The notes: generated by a model from the sequence alone, not told the origin. DNA of 64,000 nt from Gammaproteobacteria bacterium (GCA_011772965.1 WVYN01000080.1:193562-257561), one strand, 5' to 3'. Shown: positions 19,741 to 28,907, counted from the stretch's first letter. Program-made: numbers and translations.

Positions 19741-20220
19741 ATGAAAATCGAAATCAACATCACCGAACAAACATTAACCTTGTTTGAAGGTGACAAGCCA
19801 GTCAAAAAATGGCCGGTTTCTACAGCCAAAAATGGGCCAGGGGAACTATTGGACAGTGAATGCACGCCGCGCGGTCACCATATCATTGCAGAAAAAATCG
19901 GTGACGGTTGTGAAATTAATACGATTTTTGTCGGCCGTAGACCTATCGGTGAGATCTATCATCCGGTTTTGCGTCAGCAGTTCCCTGAACGGGACTGGAT
20001 ATTGACGCGGATTCTCTGGTTAAAAGGGACCGATGCAGGATTTAATCTGGGTGGTAACAGGGACAGCCATGAACGTTATATATATATCCACGGTTGCCCT
20101 GATGAAATAGATATGAGCAAACCAAGTTCACGTGGTTGTATTAGAATGCGTAATTCCGATGTTATCGAATTATTTGACCAGGTGGATGTGGGAACGATAG
20201 TTTGGATCATAGAAAACTAG
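19741..20220 (+). CDS. L,D-transpeptidase (YkuD) domain protein without recognisable signal peptide
   Basis: Catalytic motif YIYIHGCPDEIDMSKPSSRGCIRM. RBS AAGGA lies before the ATG. The N-terminus MKIEINITEQTLTLFEG runs straight into the YkuD fold. Confidence 0.8.
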   Translation: MKIEINITEQTLTLFEGDKPVKKWPVSTAKNGPGELLDSECTPRGHHIIAEKIGDGCEINTIFVGRRPIGEIYHPVLRQQFPERDWILTRILWLKGTDAGFNLGGNRDSHERYIYIHGCPDEIDMSKPSSRGCIRMRNSDVIELFDQVDVGTIVWIIEN

Positions 20221-20258
20221 TTCAAGAAAACCTTTCACCCTCTTTATTGGCATATTCT

Positions 20259-20582
20259 CTAAATAGACAAAATAGTCTCAATCTCACTCATTTGGGCAAG
20301 GTTATGTAGTTTCTGCGGAGCATTTAGGAATTCAAGCGACTTTTTTTCCTGTAAAACTAACTGGCGTTTCCAATCAAGTAACAATGCCAGACCCGCACTG
20401 TTCACATAGCTTACATCAGATAAATCTATAGTGATTTCCCTGAAATCCCGGAAGAGTTTGCGTGCTTGCAAATTGAGAGAAATGACACTCTCAAAATCAA
20501 GCTTGCCCTTGATTTGAAATCTAACGGTAGAGCCATCACTTTCCAAAAGCTCAAGGCCGCAATCAGAATCATTTTTCTTCAT
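20259..20582 (-). CDS. mlaB: STAS-domain protein, MlaB-like
   Basis: 107 aa. STAS-like ITIDLSDVSYVNSAGLALLLDW. Immediately downstream of mlaD. Confidence 0.7.
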   Translation of the reverse strand: MKKNDSDCGLELLESDGSTVRFQIKGKLDFESVISLNLQARKLFRDFREITIDLSDVSYVNSAGLALLLDWKRQLVLQEKKSLEFLNAPQKLHNLAQMSEIETILSI

Positions 20583-20600
20583 TCAGGTAAGAAATAATTT

Positions 20601-21059
20601 TTATTTAGAAATTATTTCCGAAATGAACCTTCCGATCAGGTTTTCCAGAATCAATGCTGAATCTGCCATAACAACATCACTGCCATCCTCAAGATAGTTA
20701 TCTTCTATACCCGGGACCAGTTCAATATATTGTTCACCAAGAAGACCGGCAGTATATATACTTGCCCTCGAATCAATTGAGAAGCTGTCAAATCGATTTT
20801 GTATACTCATGGTAACAACAGCGACGCTGTAATCCTTGTCATATTTAATATTACTGACACGGCCTACAAGTACACCACTCGCTTTAACAGGTGAACGTAT
20901 GCTAAGACCGCCAATATTATCAAAACGTGCAGTTATTTCATAAGTATCACCGGTGCTAACGGTGCTAAGATTACTTACTTTCATGGCAAGCATGAACAGA
21001 GCAGCGATACCTGCTGCGACGAAAACACCTACCCAGATCTCCAATATTTGTCTAGTCAT
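20601..21059 (-). CDS. mlaD: Outer-membrane lipid asymmetry maintenance protein MlaD (MCE domain)
   Basis: N-terminal TM helix plus MCE domain (ARFDNIGGLSIRSPVKASGVLVGRV). Confidence 0.88.
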   Translation of the reverse strand: MTRQILEIWVGVFVAAGIAALFMLAMKVSNLSTVSTGDTYEITARFDNIGGLSIRSPVKASGVLVGRVSNIKYDKDYSVAVVTMSIQNRFDSFSIDSRASIYTAGLLGEQYIELVPGIEDNYLEDGSDVVMADSALILENLIGRFISEIISK

Positions 21060-21061
21060 AT

Positions 21062-21865
21062 TCAGCTAGTCTCCAACATTAGGGCGGTTAATATAAAGTT
21101 CAGGCCAAGAACTGCCAAGGATGCGTTTACCACGCTCTGGGTTGTCGCTCTGCCAATTCCTTCAGAAGTTGGTACCGAATCATAACCTTCAAAAAGCGCA
21201 ATCCAGGTTGCCACAAAACCGAATACAACGGTTTTCCAGACTCCATTCATAAAGTCTTCATGAAAATCTACCGACTTTTGCATTTGTGCCCAGTATGCAC
21301 CGTCATCCACCCCCAGAAGATACACTCCTACATAGTATCCTCCATAGATACCAACGGCACTGAAAATTGCGGCCAGCATAGGCATGGATAAGAACCCTGC
21401 CAGGAAGCGTGGGGCAATTACACGCTTGAAAGGGTCGACCGCCATCATTTCGAGCGCAGAAAACTGCTCTGTGGTCTTCATCAAACCCAGTTCGGCAGTC
21501 AGGGCAGAGCCGGCCCTGCCGGCAAACAATAGGGCAGTAACGACGGGCCCGAGTTCACGCACAAGAGTCAATCCGACCATGGTGCCAAGTGATGACTCTG
21601 AATTGAATCTTACCAATATGTTGTATCCCTGAAGACCCAGGACCATACCTACGAATGTTCCTGCAACCAACACAATAACAATTGTGAGAACACCCACTGA
21701 GTATAATTGCTGAATTAACAACCATGGTCTGAGAAAAACAAACGGGATACTTTTAAATACCCTGACCAGAAACAGTGTGCTTCGTCCCAGACGTTCAAAG
21801 GAGTCCAAGCTTCTATCCCCCAGGGATTCAAAAACTGCAACGGTTTTTCTCAGAAAATGTTGCAT
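21062..21865 (-). CDS. mlaE: Lipid asymmetry ABC transporter permease MlaE
   Basis: 267-aa polytopic permease (LVRELGPVVTALLFAGRAGSALTAELG). Confidence 0.9.
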   Translation of the reverse strand: MQHFLRKTVAVFESLGDRSLDSFERLGRSTLFLVRVFKSIPFVFLRPWLLIQQLYSVGVLTIVIVLVAGTFVGMVLGLQGYNILVRFNSESSLGTMVGLTLVRELGPVVTALLFAGRAGSALTAELGLMKTTEQFSALEMMAVDPFKRVIAPRFLAGFLSMPMLAAIFSAVGIYGGYYVGVYLLGVDDGAYWAQMQKSVDFHEDFMNGVWKTVVFGFVATWIALFEGYDSVPTSEGIGRATTQSVVNASLAVLGLNFILTALMLETS

Positions 21866-22666
21866 TTAGGAGATTTCAAACAAGTCAATAGCATAATCTA
21901 ATGCCGGGTAATGAAAATGGACGGGACCATCAGGAAGGCCTTTCAGGAATTGTTTCGCCCACTCTGAGGCAGTTTCCTCGAGTTCAGCGGGTGTGCCCTG
22001 GTCCATGATCTGCCCGTCACTGATTATATAGATATAATCTGCTATTGCTGATACTTCATTCACATCGTGGGAGACGATTATACTGGTCAGTCCCAGGTTA
22101 TCATTCATGGTTTTGATGAGCTTCATCAGAACCCCCATGGAGATTGGGTCCTGCCCGGAAAATGGCTCATCATACAATATCATCATGGGGTCCAGAACAA
22201 TGGCACGAGCCAGGGCAACCCGCCGTAACATACCACCGGAAAGTTCTGATGGCATTAACTGCGCTGCACCCCTCAAACCCACGGCATGTAATTTTATCAA
22301 AACAAGATATCGGATCATTCGTTCATCAAGGCGGGTATGTTCCCTGAGTGGATAGGCCACATTATCAAAGACATCAAGGTCTGTAAGAAGTGCACCGGAC
22401 TGAAACAACATGCCCATGCGTTTTCTCATTTCAAATAGTTCTTCCTGGTCAAGCCCATGAATATTCTGGCCGTCTACCATAATAGAGCCTACTGTTGGCT
22501 CTAGCTGTGCACTAATCAGTTTCAGGAGAGTGGTCTTGCCAGTACCGCTTGGCCCCATGATCGCAGTGATTTTTCCTCGCTCAATATCCAGATTTACATT
22601 ATTAAATATAATACGGGAGCCGCGATTAAAGCTCAGTTTAGTTATCTCTACTAGGGGACTCTTCAT
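21866..22666 (-). CDS. mlaF: Lipid asymmetry ABC transporter ATP-binding protein MlaF
   Basis: Walker A GPSGTGKTT, signature LSGGMLRRVALARA and Walker B ILYDEP. Confidence 0.9.
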   Translation of the reverse strand: MKSPLVEITKLSFNRGSRIIFNNVNLDIERGKITAIMGPSGTGKTTLLKLISAQLEPTVGSIMVDGQNIHGLDQEELFEMRKRMGMLFQSGALLTDLDVFDNVAYPLREHTRLDERMIRYLVLIKLHAVGLRGAAQLMPSELSGGMLRRVALARAIVLDPMMILYDEPFSGQDPISMGVLMKLIKTMNDNLGLTSIIVSHDVNEVSAIADYIYIISDGQIMDQGTPAELEETASEWAKQFLKGLPDGPVHFHYPALDYAIDLFEIS

Positions 22667-22908
22667 GAATAATGCCGTGTTTTTCAGTAAATTTTGCTTG
22701 AGAGGCCTGACATATCAGAACTGTATACAAGAAATTATATGAATTAAAATCTTCAATAACTATCTGCTTTTGCAACCCGAATCATGTTGCTATGTAGAAA
22801 AAAAGTGGCTTTTTTTGATGATGTTGGCACTTAAACTAATATAAGGTGTTGATTTATGTCAATTACTGCTACTTTATTACTATGCAATATATTATTTTGG
22901 AGAGAGTC

Positions 22909-23367
22909 ATGAAGATATTATGCATCTCAACTACAACCCTCTCTTCATTGTTTCTGGGCCTGGGGCTTTCAAGCTCTGTTCAAGCCCAGAATTACGATGA
23001 AGGACTGATCCCTATTGATAACTATGAACAGCAGTTGCTTGAACGACAAAGGGAACGAATCGCCCAGATGAGCCCGACAGAACGCGAGGCTATGTTGGAA
23101 AGGCAAAAATTGTTATATCAACGCTGGAGTGATATGCCTGATGCAGAAAAGGAACAGCTTCGTGATGCTAAACGTAATATGTATCGCTTGTGGAACACCA
23201 TGAGTCCTCAGGAAAAGGAACGCTTAAGACAAAGCCGGTTTGCAATGCGGGATAAACTCAAAAACATGACGCCGGAGCAACGCCAGGAGTATCTGAATAG
23301 CCATCGTAATAATGAAATGGAAGCCATGTGGAAAGAGGCTTTTGAGGAGGCAGAAAAAGCGGAATAG
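22909..23367 (+). CDS. Secreted repeat protein, DUF3106-like (four 22-aa M-S/T-P-x-E-K/R-E repeats)
   Basis: Start at MKILCISTTT with GGAGAGAG RBS and signal peptide ending VQAQ. Four tandem 22-residue helical repeats at nt 23068-23331. Confidence 0.65.
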   Translation: MKILCISTTTLSSLFLGLGLSSSVQAQNYDEGLIPIDNYEQQLLERQRERIAQMSPTEREAMLERQKLLYQRWSDMPDAEKEQLRDAKRNMYRLWNTMSPQEKERLRQSRFAMRDKLKNMTPEQRQEYLNSHRNNEMEAMWKEAFEEAEKAE

Positions 23368-23380
23368 CACTTTATTACAC

Positions 23381-23405
23381 GCCTGCAGTTGTTTTGACTG
23401 CAGGC
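23381..23405. terminator. 9-bp stem hairpin shared by two convergent genes
   Basis: GCCTGCAGT (23381-23389) pairs with ACTGCAGGC (23397-23405), loop TGTTTTG. It sits 14 nt after one stop codon and 5 nt after the other. Confidence 0.5.
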
Positions 23406-23409
23406 AGAT

Positions 23410-23889
23410 CTACTTATTCTGGCGATTAACATCTTTCAGTATCATTCGTGCAAATTGTTTGATTTGCACATCATAAAGTACCAGTTCACCTCCTATTTTC
23501 ATGGCAGATAAAGATATCCTCGCAATCATCAATAACAGCAGGAGGACAATAATCCAGGCCAGAAAATAGGAAATTCTAATATCGTTGCTGGATTTCTTCT
23601 CGCTTGCAGTTTTTGCGCTTGATGCAACAGGCGAACCATCATTCAGAACTGGGGAATCATCTATGACAGTGTTCTGGATAGACACCAGGGTTTTATCAAT
23701 ATTTGAACCTCTTTCTATTGCCACCGCAAACCGTTCGATACGCTCAGGATTATTATAAAGCTTCAGTGCCTCGGTCAATACCTGGAATGCTATCCAGAGT
23801 CCGGCGAACAGCAGGATCAGACCAGCAAATCTGACAATGATACTCATGACAATCCTGCCTGTTTCCGCAGTTTTACCTGTATCACTCAT
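23410..23889 (-). CDS. Hypothetical two-TM membrane protein
   Basis: Start taken at MSDTGKTAETG. TM helices IIVRFAGLILLFAGLWIAFQVL and ISYFLAWIIVLLLLLMIARI with a Ser-rich linker. No family recognised. Confidence 0.5.
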   Translation of the reverse strand: MSDTGKTAETGRIVMSIIVRFAGLILLFAGLWIAFQVLTEALKLYNNPERIERFAVAIERGSNIDKTLVSIQNTVIDDSPVLNDGSPVASSAKTASEKKSSNDIRISYFLAWIIVLLLLLMIARISLSAMKIGGELVLYDVQIKQFARMILKDVNRQNK

Positions 23890-23984
23890 TAGAAATATCC
23901 TGTTTTTCCCTATCACGCCTATAGATTGGTTATTATGGCTAGTAGATAACAGGTGTTGTCATTCGTCAATCTTCAATCCGGTAA

Positions 23985-24908
23985 ATGTTGAACTATCTCG
24001 TTAAACGCATCTTTACCGCAGTCATTGTCATTTTGGGTGTTTCTACTGCGGTATTTTTGCTGATACATGTTGTCCCCGGTGACCCGATACAGGCTATGCT
24101 TGGAGAAACCGCGTTACCTGGCAATATTGAGGCCATCCGGATTGCATTGGGACTGGATTTGCCGATACACCAGCAGTGGCTGGAATTCATGAGGGGACTG
24201 CTCCGGTTTGACCTGGGGGAATCTCTTTACTCACGTCGTGCCGTTGCTGAGATCATATACGAACGACTTGGACCGACTGCAGTGCTGGCATTTGCCAGTC
24301 TTGTTATCGCCATGTTGATAGCCTTCCCGCTGGGTATTCTGGCTGCCATATGCAAAAATACTATCTGGGACAGTTTGGCCATGAGTTTTTCCATTCTCGG
24401 GGTTGCTATTCCCAATTTCTGGATGGGGCCAGTGCTAATTCTGGTTTTCTCGATTGGACTCGGCTGGCTGCCGGTAAGCGGGCACGAAAGCATTTCCTCA
24501 CTGGTCCTGCCGGCATTGACTCTTGGCACAGCGCTCGCCGCTATCCTAAGTCGCATGATCCGTTCTGCCTTGCTGGAAGTGCTGAATGAAGACTACATAA
24601 TTGCAGCCCGGGCCAGGGGACTTTCCACCCTGCACATTTTATTGCAACATGCCTTGCCGAACGCGGCTCTGCCGGTTATCACCGTACTTGGAATGCAGTT
24701 TGGCAACCTGCTGGCCGGGGCTGTAATTACTGAAACCATATTTTCCTGGCCGGGGATCGGCCAACTAACGATCGAATCCATTCAACGCCGGGATTACCCT
24801 GTAGTACAGGCGTGCGTGTTACTGATCAGCATTACCTATGTATTTATCAATCTCGTGACAGATCTGTGTTACGGGATGGTCGACCCCCGGGTCAGGGTTG
24901 AGCAATGA
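23985..24908 (+). CDS. ABC transporter permease, DppB/OppB-like
   Basis: 307 aa. N-terminus MLNYLVKRIFTAVIVILGVSTAVFLLIHVVPGDP is typical of peptide-type permeases. Confidence 0.88.
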   Translation: MLNYLVKRIFTAVIVILGVSTAVFLLIHVVPGDPIQAMLGETALPGNIEAIRIALGLDLPIHQQWLEFMRGLLRFDLGESLYSRRAVAEIIYERLGPTAVLAFASLVIAMLIAFPLGILAAICKNTIWDSLAMSFSILGVAIPNFWMGPVLILVFSIGLGWLPVSGHESISSLVLPALTLGTALAAILSRMIRSALLEVLNEDYIIAARARGLSTLHILLQHALPNAALPVITVLGMQFGNLLAGAVITETIFSWPGIGQLTIESIQRRDYPVVQACVLLISITYVFINLVTDLCYGMVDPRVRVEQ

Positions 24909-25714
24909 AGTTCCGTATGACTTTTCCACTGCTGACTATCCTTTGCTGGGGCCTGGTCGCGCTGCTCGCAGGTATATTGCCGCTGGAACCCGATCGCATT
25001 AACCTGGAAAAAGTTCTGGTCCCGCCGGATTGGCAGTCGTGGCTGGGTTACGATGACCTCGGTCGAGCGATAGTGGATCGGCTGGTGATGGGCGCCAGGA
25101 CTTCATTGCTGGTCGCAATTTGTGTCGTTTTCATTTCAGCTGTGTTTGGCACTTTACTGGGCATATTGGCCGGTTCCATAGGGGGTCGCTGGGATCAGTG
25201 TTTCGTTATTATCCTGGATATTTTCATGGCATTTCCCGGCATACTGCTCGCGATAGCCTTGGCCGGGCTGCTGGGGCCGGGAATTTTGAATGCGGTGATT
25301 GCGCTCAGTATTGTCGGCTGGGTCGGATTCGCCCGGCTTGCACGCGCGCAGACTCTCTCTATCAAGCATCGTGAGCATATTATGGCTGCACATGCGCTGG
25401 GCATGCGGGGCTGGCGCATCGGCAGGCAACACATTTTGCCGCTGATTACTGCGCCCTTGATAGTTGAAGCGACATTTGCGGTTGCTGCAACGGTGATCGC
25501 CGAGGCCAGCCTATCGTTCCTGGGCCTAGGTGTGCAGGCCCCCGCAGCCTCTTGGGGCAGTATGATACGGGAAGGCACCCGCTATATGCTGGTTGCACCA
25601 CATATGGTGCTGGCGCCGGGTATCGCTATTTGCGTGGTGGTATTATCAATCAATCTGCTGGGTGATCAATTCAGGGATCGAATCGATGTTCGCCAGCTCA
25701 AGCCCTTATCGTAG
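24905..25714 (+). CDS. ABC transporter permease, DppC/OppC-like
   Basis: 269 aa. 4-nt overlap with the preceding permease. Has the binding-protein-dependent transport inner-membrane layout. Confidence 0.85.
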   Translation: MKFRMTFPLLTILCWGLVALLAGILPLEPDRINLEKVLVPPDWQSWLGYDDLGRAIVDRLVMGARTSLLVAICVVFISAVFGTLLGILAGSIGGRWDQCFVIILDIFMAFPGILLAIALAGLLGPGILNAVIALSIVGWVGFARLARAQTLSIKHREHIMAAHALGMRGWRIGRQHILPLITAPLIVEATFAVAATVIAEASLSFLGLGVQAPAASWGSMIREGTRYMLVAPHMVLAPGIAICVVVLSINLLGDQFRDRIDVRQLKPLS

Positions 25715-25728
25715 AAGAGAGGTGTTCA

Positions 25729-26784
25729 TTGTCACTGGGCCCAATCATGATGGATTTAGAGTCTACTTCCCTGAGTGGAGAAGAGAGAGAATTACTCTGT
25801 CATCCGCTCGTTGGTGGCCTGATACTGTTTACAAGGAATTATGAATCGCGGGAGCAGCTTCGAAATCTGATCGATTCCGTTCATCAAATTAGGAAACCCA
25901 GCCTGATGATTGCCGTGGATCATGAAGGCGGACGGGTCCAGAGATTCAGACAGGGATTCACCCGGTTACCGGCAGCAGGACTCGTCGGTGAATACTGCAA
26001 AATTCATCCGGATCAGGGATTTGCCCTTGCGGAGAAAGCAGGCTGGTTAATGGCAGTAGAACTTCGCGCCGTGGGTATAGATTTCAGTTTTGCACCGGTA
26101 CTGGATTTGAATAAAGGCATCAGCCAGGTTATTGGTGATCGGGCATTTGGTCGTGACCCGGATCTGGTTGCCCAGATTGCCAGGTCCTACATGTTGGGTA
26201 TGAAGCGGGCCGGCATGGCTGCTGTTGGTAAGCATTTCCCCGGTCACGGTGCAGTCAGTGAAGATTCCCATCATGAGATACCCGTGGATAGGCGCCGTTA
26301 CGAAGATATTGAACTGGATGATTTGATTCCTTTTGAGCGCCTGATCCATGCCGGCTTGCCGGCTATCATGCCAGCTCATGTCATTTATTCCGAGGTCGAC
26401 ATGCATCCCGCGGGATTCTCGTCAGTATGGTTAAAAAAAATCCTGCGTCAGCAGTTAGGCTTCCAGGGTATTATCTTCAGTGATGACATTAATATGGAGG
26501 GAGCAGGGATTGTGGGTGATTTCCTGCAACGAAGCTACACTGCTCTCGAAGCAGGTTGTGATATGGTACTGGTATGTAATAATCGCGATGCGGTCATTCA
26601 AGTACTGGACAATCTGGAATACAGTCATGATCCTGCCCTGCAGGCACGATTGATCCGCATGCACGGCAAGAACACCACAGACCTGGCAGAACTCGATTCA
26701 AGTTCTGAATGGATGGAAGTTTCAAAAGAAATCGCTGCTCTGGATATGGCACCTGAACTGGACCTCGGTAATGACACTGTATAA
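25729..26784 (+). CDS. nagZ: Beta-N-acetylhexosaminidase NagZ
   Basis: TTG start. GPIMMDLESTSLSGEERELLCHPLVGGLILFTRNY, IAVDHEGGRVQRF and KHFPGHGAVSEDSH (GH3 NagZ motifs). Confidence 0.9.
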   Translation: MSLGPIMMDLESTSLSGEERELLCHPLVGGLILFTRNYESREQLRNLIDSVHQIRKPSLMIAVDHEGGRVQRFRQGFTRLPAAGLVGEYCKIHPDQGFALAEKAGWLMAVELRAVGIDFSFAPVLDLNKGISQVIGDRAFGRDPDLVAQIARSYMLGMKRAGMAAVGKHFPGHGAVSEDSHHEIPVDRRRYEDIELDDLIPFERLIHAGLPAIMPAHVIYSEVDMHPAGFSSVWLKKILRQQLGFQGIIFSDDINMEGAGIVGDFLQRSYTALEAGCDMVLVCNNRDAVIQVLDNLEYSHDPALQARLIRMHGKNTTDLAELDSSSEWMEVSKEIAALDMAPELDLGNDTV

Positions 26785-27715
26785 CCAAATAAAACTAATA
26801 ACGATTTTACTGTTCGCGGCTCTATTGCTGTTAATCAATCCTCTTCTCAATGCAAAAGAGCTTGGTCTGAATGATTGTCGCACACTAGAAATCTCCCAGA
26901 GGGCGGCCGGTGAAACGCTGGAGTATTCCAATGCCCTGCTTTGGAGGGTTTCAAAATCAAATATGCCAACCAGCCATATATACGGGACCATTCATGTTTC
27001 TGATTCTGATGTGACCACGCTACCAGATCAGGTGAGCATGGTTTTGCTTGATGCCGATGTCTTTACCATGGAAGCATTACCGGATGATGAGCAACTCCTG
27101 AAATTTTCGGAGATGATGTTTTTTAAAGATGGAACGACATTGAGAGATTTCCTCGATGAGAAGCTGTTTGAGCGTACTGCCGCAATTCTTTCAGAACATC
27201 AGTTTACGACAGAAATGGTTTTGTTTCTCAAGCCCTGGGCTGCATTCCTGATCATGAATTATCCCCCGGATGATGGATTACCCCTGGATTTCCAGCTACT
27301 GAATACTGCCCAGGAAAACGGAGCCCGAATCACTGCGTTGGAAACACTGGAAGAACAGATACAGATTTTCGGAGGCATGGCACTTGAGTCACAACTCAGA
27401 TTATTGCTGGACTCGGTTTGCCACTATGAGGTGATAGAGGAGGACTTCGAGGTTATGAAATCCTATTACTTGGATCGCAACTTGAATGATCTGTATGTCT
27501 ACAGTAACCAATATACAATTGCAAATGAAAAACTCTACAAGGATCTGGTCAAGCGTTTATTGAATGACAGGAACCATACCATGGTGGAACGCATGCAAGA
27601 TATCCTGAAAGAAGGTAATGCTTTTATTGCTATTGGCGCTATGCACTTACCCGGACCAGAAGGGGTCTTGGCACTGCTTGCATCAAAAGGTTTTACTATT
27701 ACACCGGTTTATTGA
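26771..27715 (+). CDS. TraB/GumN family protein (secreted)
   Basis: Signal peptide; LWRVSKSNMPTSHIYGTIHVSD and AIGAMHLPGPEGVLALL are motifs I associate with TraB/GumN. Confidence 0.7.
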   Translation: MTLYNQIKLITILLFAALLLLINPLLNAKELGLNDCRTLEISQRAAGETLEYSNALLWRVSKSNMPTSHIYGTIHVSDSDVTTLPDQVSMVLLDADVFTMEALPDDEQLLKFSEMMFFKDGTTLRDFLDEKLFERTAAILSEHQFTTEMVLFLKPWAAFLIMNYPPDDGLPLDFQLLNTAQENGARITALETLEEQIQIFGGMALESQLRLLLDSVCHYEVIEEDFEVMKSYYLDRNLNDLYVYSNQYTIANEKLYKDLVKRLLNDRNHTMVERMQDILKEGNAFIAIGAMHLPGPEGVLALLASKGFTITPVY

Positions 27716-27741
27716 TATTTACTGAATGAGTCGGGAGCTAT

Positions 27742-28851
27742 ATGGATTTTCTTTCCAAGATACAAGCCTACATAGGAAAAACACCGGCATATTTTCAACT
27801 TGATACCTGGATTATACAGGTTTTCATAGTTGTCTTTCTGACCTTGGTGTTGAATTTTATTGTCAGCAAGGTTTTGAAGAAACTCGCCGAACGTACTAGA
27901 CAAACCAGCACCAGCTGGGACCACCCGATTTTTGAATCAATGAAAACACCTGCTGCTCTGCTGGTGTGGATCATCGGTATTGCCTTTGCAGCGGAAATTG
28001 TCTGGAAGGAAACTGACACCGCCATATTTTCCGTGGTCCCAACTTTCAGAACGGTGGGGGTGATTTTTTGTATCTTCTGGTTCCTGTTCAGGATGATCCA
28101 CAACGTCGAAGAAAATATTGTTAAGCAAAAAGTTTCTGAAGATCCCAGCTTCGATCGTACAACAGCTGATGCCATTGCAAAACTACTCCGGCTTTCTGTC
28201 GTTATTACTGCCTTTCTGGTGGTTTTACAATCTCTGGGGTATAGCATTTCCGGTGTCCTGGCCTTTGGCGGCATCGGTGGTATTGCCATTGGTTTCGCTG
28301 CCCGTGATTTGCTGGCTAATTTTTTTGGTGGTCTCATGATCTATATGGACCGTCCATTTGCTGTGGGAGACTGGGTCCGTTCACCGGATCGGGAAATCGA
28401 GGGTACCGTGGAAACCATCGGCTGGCGCCTGACAGTCATTCGTACCTTTGACCAGCGCCCCCTGTATCTGCCGAATTCAATTTTCAACACCATTGCAGTG
28501 GAAAATCCGTCACGAATGACAAATCGCCGTATCAACGAAACGATCGGAATCCGCTACGATGATGCAGGCAAAATGGCGGATATTGTCCGTGATGTCAAAG
28601 CCATGCTGAAATCGCATGATGCATTAGATACCGAAAAGACCTTGATCGTAAATTTCAACAAGTTTGCAGCCTCGTCACTGGATTTCTTTATATATACTTT
28701 CACCAAAACCACAAACTGGATGGAATATCACGAGATCAAGCAGGATGTCATGTTGAAGATCATCGATATCATAGAGGGTCATGGTGCCGAATGTGCCTTC
28801 CCCACTTCCACTCTGCACATCCCGGACGGGATCAATATCGAGCAGAGTTAA
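27742..28851 (+). CDS. Mechanosensitive ion channel family protein (MscS-type)
   Basis: Multiple TM helices, then GGIGGIAIGFAARDLLANFFGGLMIYMDRPFAVGDWV (MscS pore/beta-domain signature). Confidence 0.88.
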   Translation: MDFLSKIQAYIGKTPAYFQLDTWIIQVFIVVFLTLVLNFIVSKVLKKLAERTRQTSTSWDHPIFESMKTPAALLVWIIGIAFAAEIVWKETDTAIFSVVPTFRTVGVIFCIFWFLFRMIHNVEENIVKQKVSEDPSFDRTTADAIAKLLRLSVVITAFLVVLQSLGYSISGVLAFGGIGGIAIGFAARDLLANFFGGLMIYMDRPFAVGDWVRSPDREIEGTVETIGWRLTVIRTFDQRPLYLPNSIFNTIAVENPSRMTNRRINETIGIRYDDAGKMADIVRDVKAMLKSHDALDTEKTLIVNFNKFAASSLDFFIYTFTKTTNWMEYHEIKQDVMLKIIDIIEGHGAECAFPTSTLHIPDGINIEQS

Positions 28852-28907
28852 TCTGGTTTCAGTGATTCCCACTTGATTGGCAGTCAACTACGGGTAATCT
28901 AGCTGTC

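Noticed and set aside
22798-22816. A7G-TGG-CT7 palindrome in the mlaF / DUF3106 divergent region.
   Set aside because: The stem is almost purely A:T and would be very unstable. It lies in a promoter region where A/T tracts are expected, so there is no basis for a specific function.
22825-22840. TGGCAC hexamer upstream of the DUF3106-like gene as a possible sigma-54 -24 element.
   Set aside because: The expected TTGC(A/T) -12 element five nt downstream is absent; the sequence is TGGCAC-TTAAA-CTAAT.
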